A stretch of 58,422 nt of DNA from Minisyncoccota bacterium. Lineage in GTDB: Bacteria > Patescibacteriota > Minisyncoccia > Phycocordibacterales > PALSA-1337. Of the stretch, positions 7,520-15,976 are shown piece by piece. Numbering within the stretch: position 1 is the stretch's first letter; every line of letters begins with the position of its first letter. The stretch spans positions 1 through 58,422 of the forward strand of contig JBAYFZ010000004.1 in the NCBI GenBank assembly GCA_041666915.1, in the 5' to 3' direction. The notes beneath the pieces are model-generated. The model saw nothing but the letters and a program-made list of their open reading frames with translations, did not search any database and was not told where the DNA came from. The translations under genes and the position numbers were made by a program.

Positions 7520-8491
7520 TTAAATCCTGGATTCCCGCCGAAGTTTATCCTCGGAGAGGACGGTAAATGACACAAGTAGTTTTTGGTGCTTATCACAATA
7601 GTGTGTGGCTCTTCCGCCGACTACTATTCTCACAATAGTTCCTTTGCAACCACGTTTTTCGCACTTTTCACCAGTTTTCTGGTAGGCATGATGTTGTTCT
7701 TGGAAATTACCTTTATTTCCCAAGACATTACGATAATCAGACATAGAGTCTCCACCGAAATCTATTCCAGAAGAAAGGGTTAGTTTTATAGCCTTAAAAA
7801 GGTCTTTGAAATTATTTACAGGAATATCTCTAACTTTTTCTAGAGGGTGTATGTTCGTGCACCACAATGATTCGTCGGCATAAATATTTCCTATACCAGA
7901 AATAATAGTCTGGTCAGTCAGGATTTGTTTTATTTTCATATTGGGTCTGAGTTTCAGGCGCTCAATGAATTTTTCAAAAGTAAATTCTTTTTTCAAAGGT
8001 TCTGGTCCGAGATTATTCAAATGGTCGGATTCGTGAATGATATCTGTATTGATCACAGCCACTTTTGCGAATTTTCTAGTATCAGAAAGCGCCAAATACT
8101 TTCCATTATTAAAAGTGATGACGAAACGAATACGTCTGTTGTAGGGATCTTTCAAAGATTCTGGTTCTATTGGTTCCCACGGACCTTTCTTATTTTTTGG
8201 AATGAATTTGTATAGGCCATAGAGTAGGTGACCAGTCATTTTCATGTGGACAAGGATAGTTTTATTGCCAGTTAGGTTTATGAGAATATTTTTTGCACGT
8301 CTCTCTATTCCAATTATCTTTTGATTCAAAATCTCATTTTTGAAATGCTTAAAATAGGCTGGATCTTTGATAGTTTTTGATCCTTTGAAGTAAGGGCTAT
8401 TATAATTTGTCCAAACGTCCTTTATGGATAGACCTATGATATGCTTTGTTAACCCATTTACGGTTGTTTGTACTTCAGGTAATTCGGGCAT
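7520..8491 (-). CDS. mutM: Formamidopyrimidine-DNA glycosylase
   Basis: Canonical MPELPEV N-terminus at the ATG at 8491, and a C-terminal zinc finger (CEKRGC...HYCDKH). The 130 codons upstream in the ORF track are not Fpg-like. The last ~18 aa are encoded by repeat 7527-7571. Confidence 0.85.
   Translation of the reverse strand: MPELPEVQTTVNGLTKHIIGLSIKDVWTNYNSPYFKGSKTIKDPAYFKHFKNEILNQKIIGIERRAKNILINLTGNKTILVHMKMTGHLLYGLYKFIPKNKKGPWEPIEPESLKDPYNRRIRFVITFNNGKYLALSDTRKFAKVAVINTDIIHESDHLNNLGPEPLKKEFTFEKFIERLKLRPNMKIKQILTDQTIISGIGNIYADESLWCTNIHPLEKVRDIPVNNFKDLFKAIKLTLSSGIDFGGDSMSDYRNVLGNKGNFQEQHHAYQKTGEKCEKRGCKGTIVRIVVGGRATHYCDKHQKLLVSFTVLSEDKLRRESRI
7527..7571. repeat. 45-bp long variant of the hairpin repeat
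   Basis: CTGGATTCCCGCCGAAGTTTATCCTCGGAGAGGACGGTAAATGAC. The reverse complement occurs at 9818-9862 with 2 mismatches. Confidence 0.9.
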
Positions 8492-8503
8492 ATCGCCACT
8501 ATA

Positions 8504-9802
8504 ATGTATAATATTCGTATGCGCCACATCTTCGCTGTTGTTTTTCTCATCATGCTTTTGGCTGTGCCTTGGTTTATGTATAACCCAGAGCAAGCTAGTT
8601 ACGTTTACTCCATCATTGGTAAGGTAGAAAATCAGATAGCGGCGGTTATTTTGACTCATAGTCCAAAGACCGTTGTTGATATCAAATCTCGTTATGCTGA
8701 TGCCGAAAAACAAACAGTATTTGGTACAAAAGTTACTGATAAGAAAGTAAAAATCCTTCTTGTTCCTGGGCATGAACCAGATTACGGTGGGGCAGAGTAC
8801 GGCTCTCTTTTTGAAAGGAAAATGACAGTAGAGATAGCCGAACAACTTCAGAAATTTTTGGATACGAATGGGCGTTACCAAGTCTATGTAACTCGTGACG
8901 AGAATTCTTGGTCACCAATGTTTTTTGAATATTTCAAAAATAATTGGAGTGACATTATTGCTTGGACAAAAGGTCATAAAGAAGAAACGGTACATCTAAC
9001 TAGAATGGGAGAATATCATCCTGTCGTTCCCAATGTTATACACAATAATGCGCCAAATGATGTAGCCTTTCGTCTTTATGGTTTGGGTAAGTGGTCCAAT
9101 GAAAATGATGTAGATATCATTATCCATCTTCATTTTAATGACGCTCCAGGGCATGGACGCAGTACTCCTGGTAAATATTCTGGTTTCTCTATTTATGTTC
9201 CAGAAAATCAATATTTCAATAGTTCAACAACATTATCTTTGGCCAATACTATTTTTAGTCGTCTACAAAAATATAATGGAGTTTCCAATCTTCCCGGTGA
9301 AAGTGGTGGGATAATTCAGGATCAAGACTTGATAGCTGTTGGTGCTTATAATTCTCTAGACGCCGCTAGTTTACTCATTGAATATGGTTATATTTATGAA
9401 CCACAATTTACTAATCCTGATTTGCATGATACGGCTGTAAAAGATTTGGCATTTCAGACATATTTGGGATTACAAGATTTCTTTGATGAACGTAGTCCTG
9501 CAAATGTTACAGGTTCATTTGATACTTTGGTAATGCCGTATTCTTGGAGTAATACCATAACTGATAGTAAGCATGATGATAAAGATGTCTTCTCTTTGCA
9601 GACAGCTTTGGTCATAGATGGGGTTTATCCTCCAGCCAATAAATCTTTGAATGATTGTCCTAGAAGCGGATCTTTTGGACCATGTACGAAAGCGTCAGTT
9701 GATTCTTTTCAGAATAAACGTGGAATAGTAGGGGAGAAGGGAGTTGTTGGTGTAAAAACTTTGCAAGAGTTGAATAGGTTGTATTCAATCAAAGCGATAT
9801 AG
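8504..9802 (+). CDS. N-acetylmuramoyl-L-alanine amidase with a C-terminal peptidoglycan-binding domain
   Basis: Amidase_3-like LLVPGHEPDYGGAE, ERKMTVEIA and IIIHLHFND. There is an N-terminal TM helix and a PG_binding_1-like tail (LQTALVIDGVY...FQNKRGI). Confidence 0.8.
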   Translation: MYNIRMRHIFAVVFLIMLLAVPWFMYNPEQASYVYSIIGKVENQIAAVILTHSPKTVVDIKSRYADAEKQTVFGTKVTDKKVKILLVPGHEPDYGGAEYGSLFERKMTVEIAEQLQKFLDTNGRYQVYVTRDENSWSPMFFEYFKNNWSDIIAWTKGHKEETVHLTRMGEYHPVVPNVIHNNAPNDVAFRLYGLGKWSNENDVDIIIHLHFNDAPGHGRSTPGKYSGFSIYVPENQYFNSSTTLSLANTIFSRLQKYNGVSNLPGESGGIIQDQDLIAVGAYNSLDAASLLIEYGYIYEPQFTNPDLHDTAVKDLAFQTYLGLQDFFDERSPANVTGSFDTLVMPYSWSNTITDSKHDDKDVFSLQTALVIDGVYPPANKSLNDCPRSGSFGPCTKASVDSFQNKRGIVGEKGVVGVKTLQELNRLYSIKAI

Positions 9803-9817
9803 GGAAGTTCTTGTGTT

Positions 9818-9862
9818 GTCATTTACCGTCCCCTTCGAGGATAAACTTCGGCGGGAATCCAG
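9818..9862. repeat. 45-bp long-variant repeat, inverted copy
   Basis: Reverse complement of 7527-7571 (2 mismatches). Confidence 0.9.
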
Positions 9863-9892
9863 TGTATGACCAACTAAGCTAGATCCAGTGGT

Positions 9893-11176
9893 TTAATCCT
9901 GGATTCCCGCCTTCGCGGGAATGACACGATTTATCTCTTCGTTAACTATCCCCGTATCACTCCAAGGAATCTTTGTGCCTCTTGGACCCATAATATATGG
10001 ATCTGTACCTTTGCCAGTGATCAGAATAATATCTTCAGGCTTGGCTCTCTTGATAGCTTCTCTTATAGCTTCTCTACGGTCCATGATGATAGTTGGCTTG
10101 TGGATCTTTATTCCTTTGGCAACATCATCAACTATTTTCCTAGGGTCTTCGTCGTAAGGATCTTCATTGGTTAGAATTATTTCTGAACAATAATTGTCTG
10201 CCAATCTACCCATTTCAGATCTTTTCCATGTATCGCGTCCACCGCCTGTGCCACCCAAGACGGCTATTATTCTGGAAGATTTGAATACTTGGTAAAGTTT
10301 TTCTAGAGAATCTGGAGTGTGAGCGTAGTCAACAATCACGATAAAATCTTTGCCAGCAATCTTTTCTACGCGTCCAGGAATACCGAGGATCGTTTCTGTT
10401 ACATGATTTGTATCTTCTAGAGAGACATTTTCATTACGAGCACAAGTAGTGGCCGCAAGAATGTTGTATAGATTGAAAAGCCCAGAGAGGTGAGAGTGGA
10501 CTAGGCGTCCATTGAAAGAGAATTCAAGACCCTCTTTTTTTATAGTATAAGGTTCAGTGTCATGTATGCTGTAACTCAATTTTTTATCGGCTTCGCAAGC
10601 AAGGAAATGATCGGCTTCTTTATCGTCTGAATTTACAATGATAGTTCTAGGAGATTTTCCTGAACGCTTCATATTTTTAGCTACTGAAAGTTTTGAGTCG
10701 CGATAATTTTCGTATGAACCATGAGCTTCTATATGTTCAGGGAAAAGGTTTGTAAATATCAAAGTATTTAATTCTATAAAACGATGACGATACGATAGAG
10801 CACCTTGGGATGTCATTTCCATAATTACATAATCACAACCAGCATTCACTGCTTTGCGTATAAGTCTTTGGGCGAAGAATCTTCCAGGCATGCTCATCTT
10901 GGATAAATTTCTTTTGGAGACGTCACCTATTTTGTAACGAATGGTATTTGAAAGCGCTGTCTTGTGACCAGCTTTTTCTAACATAGCGTTTAGTATTTCA
11001 ACGGTTGAACTTTTACCTTTTGTTCCTGTTACAGCTATGACATTGATGGCTTTTGAAGGGAAACCGTAAACTAGAGCTGACAAAAAAGCCAAAGTCCAAT
11101 GATAGCTAGGATTGAGAAAAGAAAAGACCTTTTTTGGAATGAAACGGCGGATAGAATAAAGGGTTTTATCTAGCAT
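9893..11176 (-). CDS. murE: Mur ligase, MurE-like (UDP-MurNAc-L-Ala-D-Glu:diamino acid ligase)
   Basis: ATP site VTGTKGKSST, EMTSQG, and C-terminal TNEDPYDEDP (DNPR-like MurE signature). It is short at the N-terminus. Confidence 0.75.
   Translation of the reverse strand: MLDKTLYSIRRFIPKKVFSFLNPSYHWTLAFLSALVYGFPSKAINVIAVTGTKGKSSTVEILNAMLEKAGHKTALSNTIRYKIGDVSKRNLSKMSMPGRFFAQRLIRKAVNAGCDYVIMEMTSQGALSYRHRFIELNTLIFTNLFPEHIEAHGSYENYRDSKLSVAKNMKRSGKSPRTIIVNSDDKEADHFLACEADKKLSYSIHDTEPYTIKKEGLEFSFNGRLVHSHLSGLFNLYNILAATTCARNENVSLEDTNHVTETILGIPGRVEKIAGKDFIVIVDYAHTPDSLEKLYQVFKSSRIIAVLGGTGGGRDTWKRSEMGRLADNYCSEIILTNEDPYDEDPRKIVDDVAKGIKIHKPTIIMDRREAIREAIKRAKPEDIILITGKGTDPYIMGPRGTKIPWSDTGIVNEEINRVIPAKAGIQD
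9897..9925. repeat. Solo arm of the 29-bp hairpin repeat
   Basis: TCCTGGATTCCCGCCTTCGCGGGAATGAC. It forms the last 10 codons (VIPAKAGIQD) and the stop of murE. Confidence 0.9.
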
Positions 11177-11201
11177 AGGTTAAGGATAGCTTTTTGTTGA
11201 T

Positions 11202-11771
11202 TTAATTCAAGACCTTGAGAGCAGCTTTGACTTTGGCTCCAGTGTCGGTAAGAGTCTTGTCTATTTTCTTCAAAGATTCACGAGCCTCATCTGCTTCGTA
11301 ACCAAGCATCTTCAAAGCTTCTATAGCGTCAGCGTCACTAGATAATCCAACGACATAATCTTCACTAGTGAGACCTCCAAGTTTATCTTTGAGTTCAAGG
11401 ACGATCTTTTCGGCAGTTTTCCTGCCAATACCGGAAACTTTGACCAAATGAGAAGTTGAACCGGTTTGGATAGCGTTTACCAGCGTGTCACAGGAAACAG
11501 CTGAAAGAATGTTCATTGCACCTTTTGGTCCTATTCCAGAAATGCTGATAAGTAATTCAAAAAGATTTCTTTCTTTTTCATTCATAAATCCGTACAAATC
11601 CAAAGCGTTTTCACGAACAGCTAAATAGGTGAAAATACTGGCATCAGAGCCGAGTTTGAGTAAATGCAAACTATCGTCAGTAACAAAAACTTTGTAGCCA
11701 ATGTTGTTGACCTCTATTATGACGTGTTTGGAATCGGTATGGGTTATGGTGCCGTGTAGGGAAGCGATCAT
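11202..11771 (-). CDS. ruvA: Holliday junction DNA helicase RuvA
   Basis: MIASLHG...IGYKVFV plus two HhH motifs (ISGIGPKGA, VSGIGRKTAEKI). The ATG at 11771 is preferred to the ORF start at 11807. Confidence 0.85.
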   Translation of the reverse strand: MIASLHGTITHTDSKHVIIEVNNIGYKVFVTDDSLHLLKLGSDASIFTYLAVRENALDLYGFMNEKERNLFELLISISGIGPKGAMNILSAVSCDTLVNAIQTGSTSHLVKVSGIGRKTAEKIVLELKDKLGGLTSEDYVVGLSSDADAIEALKMLGYEADEARESLKKIDKTLTDTGAKVKAALKVLN

Positions 11772-11855
11772 AGTTGGATTATAGCAAGTTTGGGGAATAT
11801 TAGGCATCCTCTTTACTTTATCTGGTAGTCATGTTAACTTGTCTACACACAACTT

Positions 11856-12122
11856 ATGGCAATCACTTCATCAGCAAAGAAAGCATTTCGCGCCGCAAAA
11901 AAGAAGCGCGTTTTCAATCTTCGTCGTAAATCTACGATAGAAAGTCAGATCAAGGAGTTTCGCCGTATGGTCGCCTCCAAAAATAAAGTAGAAGCACAAA
12001 AGCTTCTTCCTTCTCTTTACAGAGCTCTAGATAAGGCTGCAAAGACAAACTACATCAAGAACAATACTGCTTCACGATTGAAGTCCCGTGCCGCAAACGC
12101 TCTCGTGAAGATCAGTAAATAG
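11856..12122 (+). CDS. rpsT: 30S ribosomal protein S20
   Basis: An 88-aa basic protein with SAKKAFRAAKKKRVFN and NTASRLKSR. Confidence 0.85.
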   Translation: MAITSSAKKAFRAAKKKRVFNLRRKSTIESQIKEFRRMVASKNKVEAQKLLPSLYRALDKAAKTNYIKNNTASRLKSRAANALVKISK

Positions 12123-12137
12123 TCGCGCGTAGCATTT

Positions 12138-12209
12138 GCCCTCGTCGTTCAACGGATAGGACGCAGGATTGCGGATCCTGCAATCGTGGTTCGATTCCAC
12201 GCGGGGGCA
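12138..12209 (+). tRNA. tRNA-Arg (anticodon GCG)
   Basis: A 72-nt cloverleaf: acceptor GCCCTCG/CGGGGGC, anticodon arm CAGGA-TTGCGGA-TCCTG, T arm CGTGG-TTCGATT-CCACG. Confidence 0.8.
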
Positions 12210-12235
12210 CAGAATGGTGAGAGAGGTTGATTACT

Positions 12236-12682
12236 ATGTTTATGGTCAAGCATCAATATAAAAATTTAATATTAGATCTTCCTAAAAATTGGGTATATGA
12301 AAAAGAACAGGGTGATATAGAATCTTGCTTTGACCCTAATTCAAAAAGCACGTTTCGTATTAATGTTATGCAGATGAAATCTCCAGAGGATTGGTCAAAA
12401 GAGACAAGAATTAAATCATTAGTTAGTGCCTTTGCTAGTAATTTGGATTATATCGTTACTAGTCGTGGTTATTTTCTTACTAAAATCCAATTAAAAGAAA
12501 CTTCTGATCAGGGTAATAAAATCTCTCTATTTTCATGGAGAATCATTCAACTCTTTGATAATGGACATGCAAATGTAGCCGTGTTAACTTATACCATTCT
12601 TTCTAATGAAAGGGATTCGAAAGAAGAGAAAGATGTAATTACTAAATTAGAAAATTCTTTTGCAGAGGCCACTTTTGTTTAA
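12236..12682 (+). CDS. Hypothetical protein
   Basis: The ORF has a GAGAGG RBS about 10 nt upstream of the ATG at 12236. No family recognised. Confidence 0.45.
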   Translation: MFMVKHQYKNLILDLPKNWVYEKEQGDIESCFDPNSKSTFRINVMQMKSPEDWSKETRIKSLVSAFASNLDYIVTSRGYFLTKIQLKETSDQGNKISLFSWRIIQLFDNGHANVAVLTYTILSNERDSKEEKDVITKLENSFAEATFV

Positions 12683-12691
12683 GGGACTGTA

Positions 12692-12715
12692 TAGTATAAC
12701 ATATATGTTATACTA
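12692..12715. promoter_or_regulatory. Perfect 24-bp palindrome, candidate operator of the XRE gene
   Basis: TAGTATAACATATATGTTATACTA lies 9 nt upstream of the XRE start codon. Confidence 0.55.
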
Positions 12716-12723
12716 GTTACATA

Positions 12724-12990
12724 ATGAAAACATTTAAACAATTTGAAGAGGAATTTCTCAAAGATCCAGCCAAGAAGAAGGCCTACGACAGTCTTGAAGT
12801 TGAATTCAAGATTTATAATGCCCTTGTAAAAGCTCGTATAGAAAAGAAACTTACTCAGAAACAATTGGCTCAAAAGCTTGGTATTGCGCAATCAGCCCTT
12901 GCTCGTTTTGAATCTGGTAGGACAAATCCAACTCTCTCTTTTCTCCAAAAAGTCACTTCTGGTTTGGGGCTGAAAATTACTATTGTCTAA
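12724..12990 (+). CDS. XRE-family HTH protein (HigA-like antitoxin architecture)
   Basis: LTQKQLAQKLGIAQSALARFESGRTNPTLSFLQKV is a classic Cro/C1 HTH. It has an ~35-aa N-terminal extension. Confidence 0.8.
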   Translation: MKTFKQFEEEFLKDPAKKKAYDSLEVEFKIYNALVKARIEKKLTQKQLAQKLGIAQSALARFESGRTNPTLSFLQKVTSGLGLKITIV

Positions 12991-13058
12991 AACCCCCACC
13001 TTTCTAGTAACTTATGCAAAAAATGTTCGTGATGTTCGGTTTCTGCAATATATTTGAG
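12987..13058 (-). pseudogene. Detached 24-codon 3' fragment of a homologue of gene 14347-14811
   Basis: 67/72 nt identical to 14347-14418. It encodes the same LKYIAETEHHEHFLHKLLERWGF* tail, and the frame is closed by TAA three codons upstream. Confidence 0.85.
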
Positions 13059-13077
13059 CGTGAGTTATAATCTACTT

Positions 13078-14328
13078 ATGGATGTGTTAATTACAGGAAG
13101 TGGTGGAAGGGAACATGCTCTCGCGTGGAAATTGAAGCAGTCTAAAAAAGTTAAGAATATTTTTGTTGCCACTGGAAATGCTGGAACTTCCAAGATTGCT
13201 AAAAACATAGACGCTTCAAATGTTGAAGAGATTATTGGTTGGCTTGAGAATAATCCTGTAGATCTTGTAATCATAGGTCCAGATAGCCATCTTTCTTTGG
13301 GAATTGTAGATAAACTGGAAGATCTGGGTATTAAAGTTTTTGGTCCTACAAAAGCTGCTTCAGAAATAGAGTGGTCAAAATCCTTTGCAAAAAAATTTAT
13401 GAAAGAAGAGGGTATACCAACTGCTTCTTATGAGATTTTTAGTAATATTAAAAAAGCGAAATCATATATAAAAAAACAAAGTTTCCCTTTGGTTATAAAA
13501 GCAAGTGGTTTAGCTTTCGGTAAAGGTGTGGTTATCGCTAAGTCTTTAAAAGAGGCTGAAGATGCACTTCGTGAAATTATGAGTGATAAGATTTTTGGTG
13601 AAGCTGGCAACGAAGTGGTGATTGAAGAATATTTACAAGGTAAGGAGATATCAATTCATGCTTTCTGTGATGGAAAAAATGCCGTTCTTTTTCCTTCTGC
13701 TCAGGACCATAAGAGCATATTTGATAATGATAAAGGACCTAATACTGGGGGAATGGGAACTATTGCTCCTGTTCCATGGGTAACAAGAGAACAAATGAAG
13801 GAAATAGAAGATATGGTTGTGATTCCTACGATTAAAGCTTTGGAAAGACGCGGCAAACCATTCAAAGGAATCCTTTTCCCGGGAATTATGATCACTAAGT
13901 CTGGTCCGAAGGTGATTGAATTTAATGCTCGTTTTGGTGATCCTGAGACTCAGTCATATATGAGAATCCTTGAAACAGATTTGATTGATATTATCCTTGC
14001 TTGTATACATGGAAATATTAAAGATCAGAATATAAAATGGTCTCCAAAATCTGCTTGTTGTGTAGTCTGCGCTTCAGGTGGTTATCCAAATAAATATGAG
14101 AATGGGAAAATTATTAGTGGATTAGATCTCAATGAAGATGCATTTGTATTTCACGCAGGAACTAAATCTGACGGAAAAAATATTGTTACAAATGGCGGTC
14201 GTGTTCTAGGTGTCACTGCTGTAGGCAATAATCTTAAAGAATCTTTGGGGAAGGCTTATAAGGCAATCAAATTAATTTCGTTTGAAGGTATGCAATATAG
14301 AAAAGACATAGGATTAAAATCCTTATAA
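13078..14328 (+). CDS. purD: Phosphoribosylamine-glycine ligase
   Basis: MDVLITGSGGREHALAWKL, an ATP-grasp core and GGRVLGVTA. The ATG at 13078 is preferred. Confidence 0.9.
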   Translation: MDVLITGSGGREHALAWKLKQSKKVKNIFVATGNAGTSKIAKNIDASNVEEIIGWLENNPVDLVIIGPDSHLSLGIVDKLEDLGIKVFGPTKAASEIEWSKSFAKKFMKEEGIPTASYEIFSNIKKAKSYIKKQSFPLVIKASGLAFGKGVVIAKSLKEAEDALREIMSDKIFGEAGNEVVIEEYLQGKEISIHAFCDGKNAVLFPSAQDHKSIFDNDKGPNTGGMGTIAPVPWVTREQMKEIEDMVVIPTIKALERRGKPFKGILFPGIMITKSGPKVIEFNARFGDPETQSYMRILETDLIDIILACIHGNIKDQNIKWSPKSACCVVCASGGYPNKYENGKIISGLDLNEDAFVFHAGTKSDGKNIVTNGGRVLGVTAVGNNLKESLGKAYKAIKLISFEGMQYRKDIGLKSL

Positions 14329-14346
14329 TCAACTCCTTCTCATTAT

Positions 14347-14811
14347 CTAAAACCCCCACCTCTCTAGTAACTTGTGCAAGAAATGTTCATGATGTTCAGT
14401 TTCTGCAATATATTTGAGTAATACCTCGCGGACTATTTCGGGATCAATCTCATCAATGAAGATGATGATATAAGGCATGAATGTTTTACGAGACTTCACA
14501 ATAATCTTTGAAGGCATTTCATCGTGGGGGATCCAGAATGATTCTAGAGAAAGGAATGGAAAGAATCTATCATTGACCATGATTCCTCGGTCGTTAATCT
14601 CGTGATATATCTCGCGGGGCGGGTGAGAGGCGTGAATGACTAGAGCTACGGCCGCTACGAGTACAAAAATTCCAGTGATCACGTTGCCGAGAATAATGGC
14701 AACAGCTGATAGTGCCAAAGTTATGATTCCAACAACCCAATACCAATCGGGTCTTTTTTCAACATAGAAATGTTCTGGTGCTTGCCAAGATATGAGAGGT
14801 TCAGTGGCCAT
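14347..14811 (-). CDS. Hypothetical membrane protein (2 TM helices + cytoplasmic domain)
   Basis: WYWVVGIITLALSAVAIILGNVITGIFVLVAAVALVI forms a TM hairpin. No family recognised. Confidence 0.6.
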   Translation of the reverse strand: MATEPLISWQAPEHFYVEKRPDWYWVVGIITLALSAVAIILGNVITGIFVLVAAVALVIHASHPPREIYHEINDRGIMVNDRFFPFLSLESFWIPHDEMPSKIIVKSRKTFMPYIIIFIDEIDPEIVREVLLKYIAETEHHEHFLHKLLERWGF

Positions 14812-14865
14812 GTACTAATTATAACCTAGTGGCCAGTTTGAAGCTATGTATTTAATTAATAAAAA

Positions 14866-14892
14866 AATCCTGCAGTATGGTCCTGCAGGATT
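14866..14892. terminator. Bidirectional terminator
   Basis: TCCTGCAG / CTGCAGGA stem flanked by AAAAAAA and TTTT. Confidence 0.65.
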
Positions 14893-14909
14893 TTGTGTAA
14901 AACTCGTTG

Positions 14910-15380
14910 TTAATCATAGAGTTCAAATGGAGCTCGGTCTCGAGACACGAGTGTGTCGCGAGTTCCGGCTTCAGTATCAACAACAACCGTTTCGCCTTCT
15001 TCAACCACATTGAGTATGTTGGGGTCTGGCTGAGAGTTTGGAACTGCGTTTTGGAGAAAATAAAGCGGAAAGAAAGTGGCAAGCTTTTCGTCTCCAATGA
15101 CTATGACTACGTCAGCATCGTCGGCGATATTCTTGATAAGTTGCAGAATCTCCCCACATTGATTTTCTGAAACCAGAATACGGTGGATACTTGATTCTGG
15201 AGTTTCCAACTCACTTGCCAAGCAGATGGATTCGCTCAAGAATTCTGCCGGATACGTACAAATGATTGATACCGTATGTCCGTGCGTATAACGCAGGATC
15301 CGACCTACAAACTCTTTGAACTTGGGTATATTTCGCGTACCACGGTGAACCAATAGACACTTAATATTTTCAGTTTTCAT
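14910..15380 (-). CDS. Hypothetical protein, weakly universal-stress-protein-like
   Basis: The start at MKTENIK has an AGAAAGG RBS. The pattern IKCLLVH...GEILQLIKNIADDADVVIVIG recalls the Usp fold. It is GC-richer than the flanks. Confidence 0.45.
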   Translation of the reverse strand: MKTENIKCLLVHRGTRNIPKFKEFVGRILRYTHGHTVSIICTYPAEFLSESICLASELETPESSIHRILVSENQCGEILQLIKNIADDADVVIVIGDEKLATFFPLYFLQNAVPNSQPDPNILNVVEEGETVVVDTEAGTRDTLVSRDRAPFELYD

Positions 15381-15481
15381 TTGAGCCTTTCTGTAATGTA
15401 GATTACTCATTATTGGGGATATGTCAAATTTGATGGATTACAAAATTAAGAGTAAAGTATTTTTAGAAAGGTTTGAAAATT

Positions 15482-15976
15482 ATGAAAGAAATACACTTTA
15501 GACGATGGTTACCGTCTGACAGAAAAGCTCTTGAAAGAGCTAGATCGTTCAAGACTTTGTCATTAATAGCTCTAGATGTCATGTCACGTATACGTGGTGA
15601 TATTGAAATGGTTTCAGGTCCGATTTCCACAGGAGGTGTTGGTACCCTTGAAGGGAATCGAAGGGTTTTCGAGAAAACGATTGAAATACTCATTAATGAA
15701 CAAAGAAATTTGTTTAGCCAGATGCCTTTTGAAGATAAAATGGTGGAACTATACAAAATTTGGCATACGGAACATCCAACTGAAAAGTATTGCCTACCAA
15801 TATTAGATCATTTCTATGAGGTAATTTTTTCTCAGGGAAGAGTTACTAAGTTGAATTTTATCTTTGGTTGGGAATCATCTTTTGGGGCGAGATGGGAGCA
15901 TGACAACTGTAATCGTTGGAAAATTGAAAGAGAGTATCTTCCAGAAGAATTCTCTAGAAAGGTATTGGTGTTATGA
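15482..15976 (+). CDS. Nucleoside 2-deoxyribosyltransferase-like protein (DUF4406-like)
   Basis: VSGPISTGGVG...N and a late GWESSFGARWEH motif resemble the deoxyribosyltransferase-like superfamily. The AGAAAGG RBS favours the ATG at 15482. Confidence 0.4.
   Translation: MKEIHFRRWLPSDRKALERARSFKTLSLIALDVMSRIRGDIEMVSGPISTGGVGTLEGNRRVFEKTIEILINEQRNLFSQMPFEDKMVELYKIWHTEHPTEKYCLPILDHFYEVIFSQGRVTKLNFIFGWESSFGARWEHDNCNRWKIEREYLPEEFSRKVLVL

Noticed and set aside
8492-8881. N-terminal 130 codons of the 453-aa ORF containing fpg.
   Set aside because: Fpg must begin with MPELPEV because Pro2 is catalytic. The upstream part is antisense to the amidase gene and has no Fpg similarity.
12987-14418. The 72-bp repeats flanking purD could be a diversity-generating retroelement TR/VR pair.
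   Set aside because: The five mismatches are mixed transitions (T/C, A/G, G/A), not adenine-specific. All are synonymous, and no reverse transcriptase gene is nearby.
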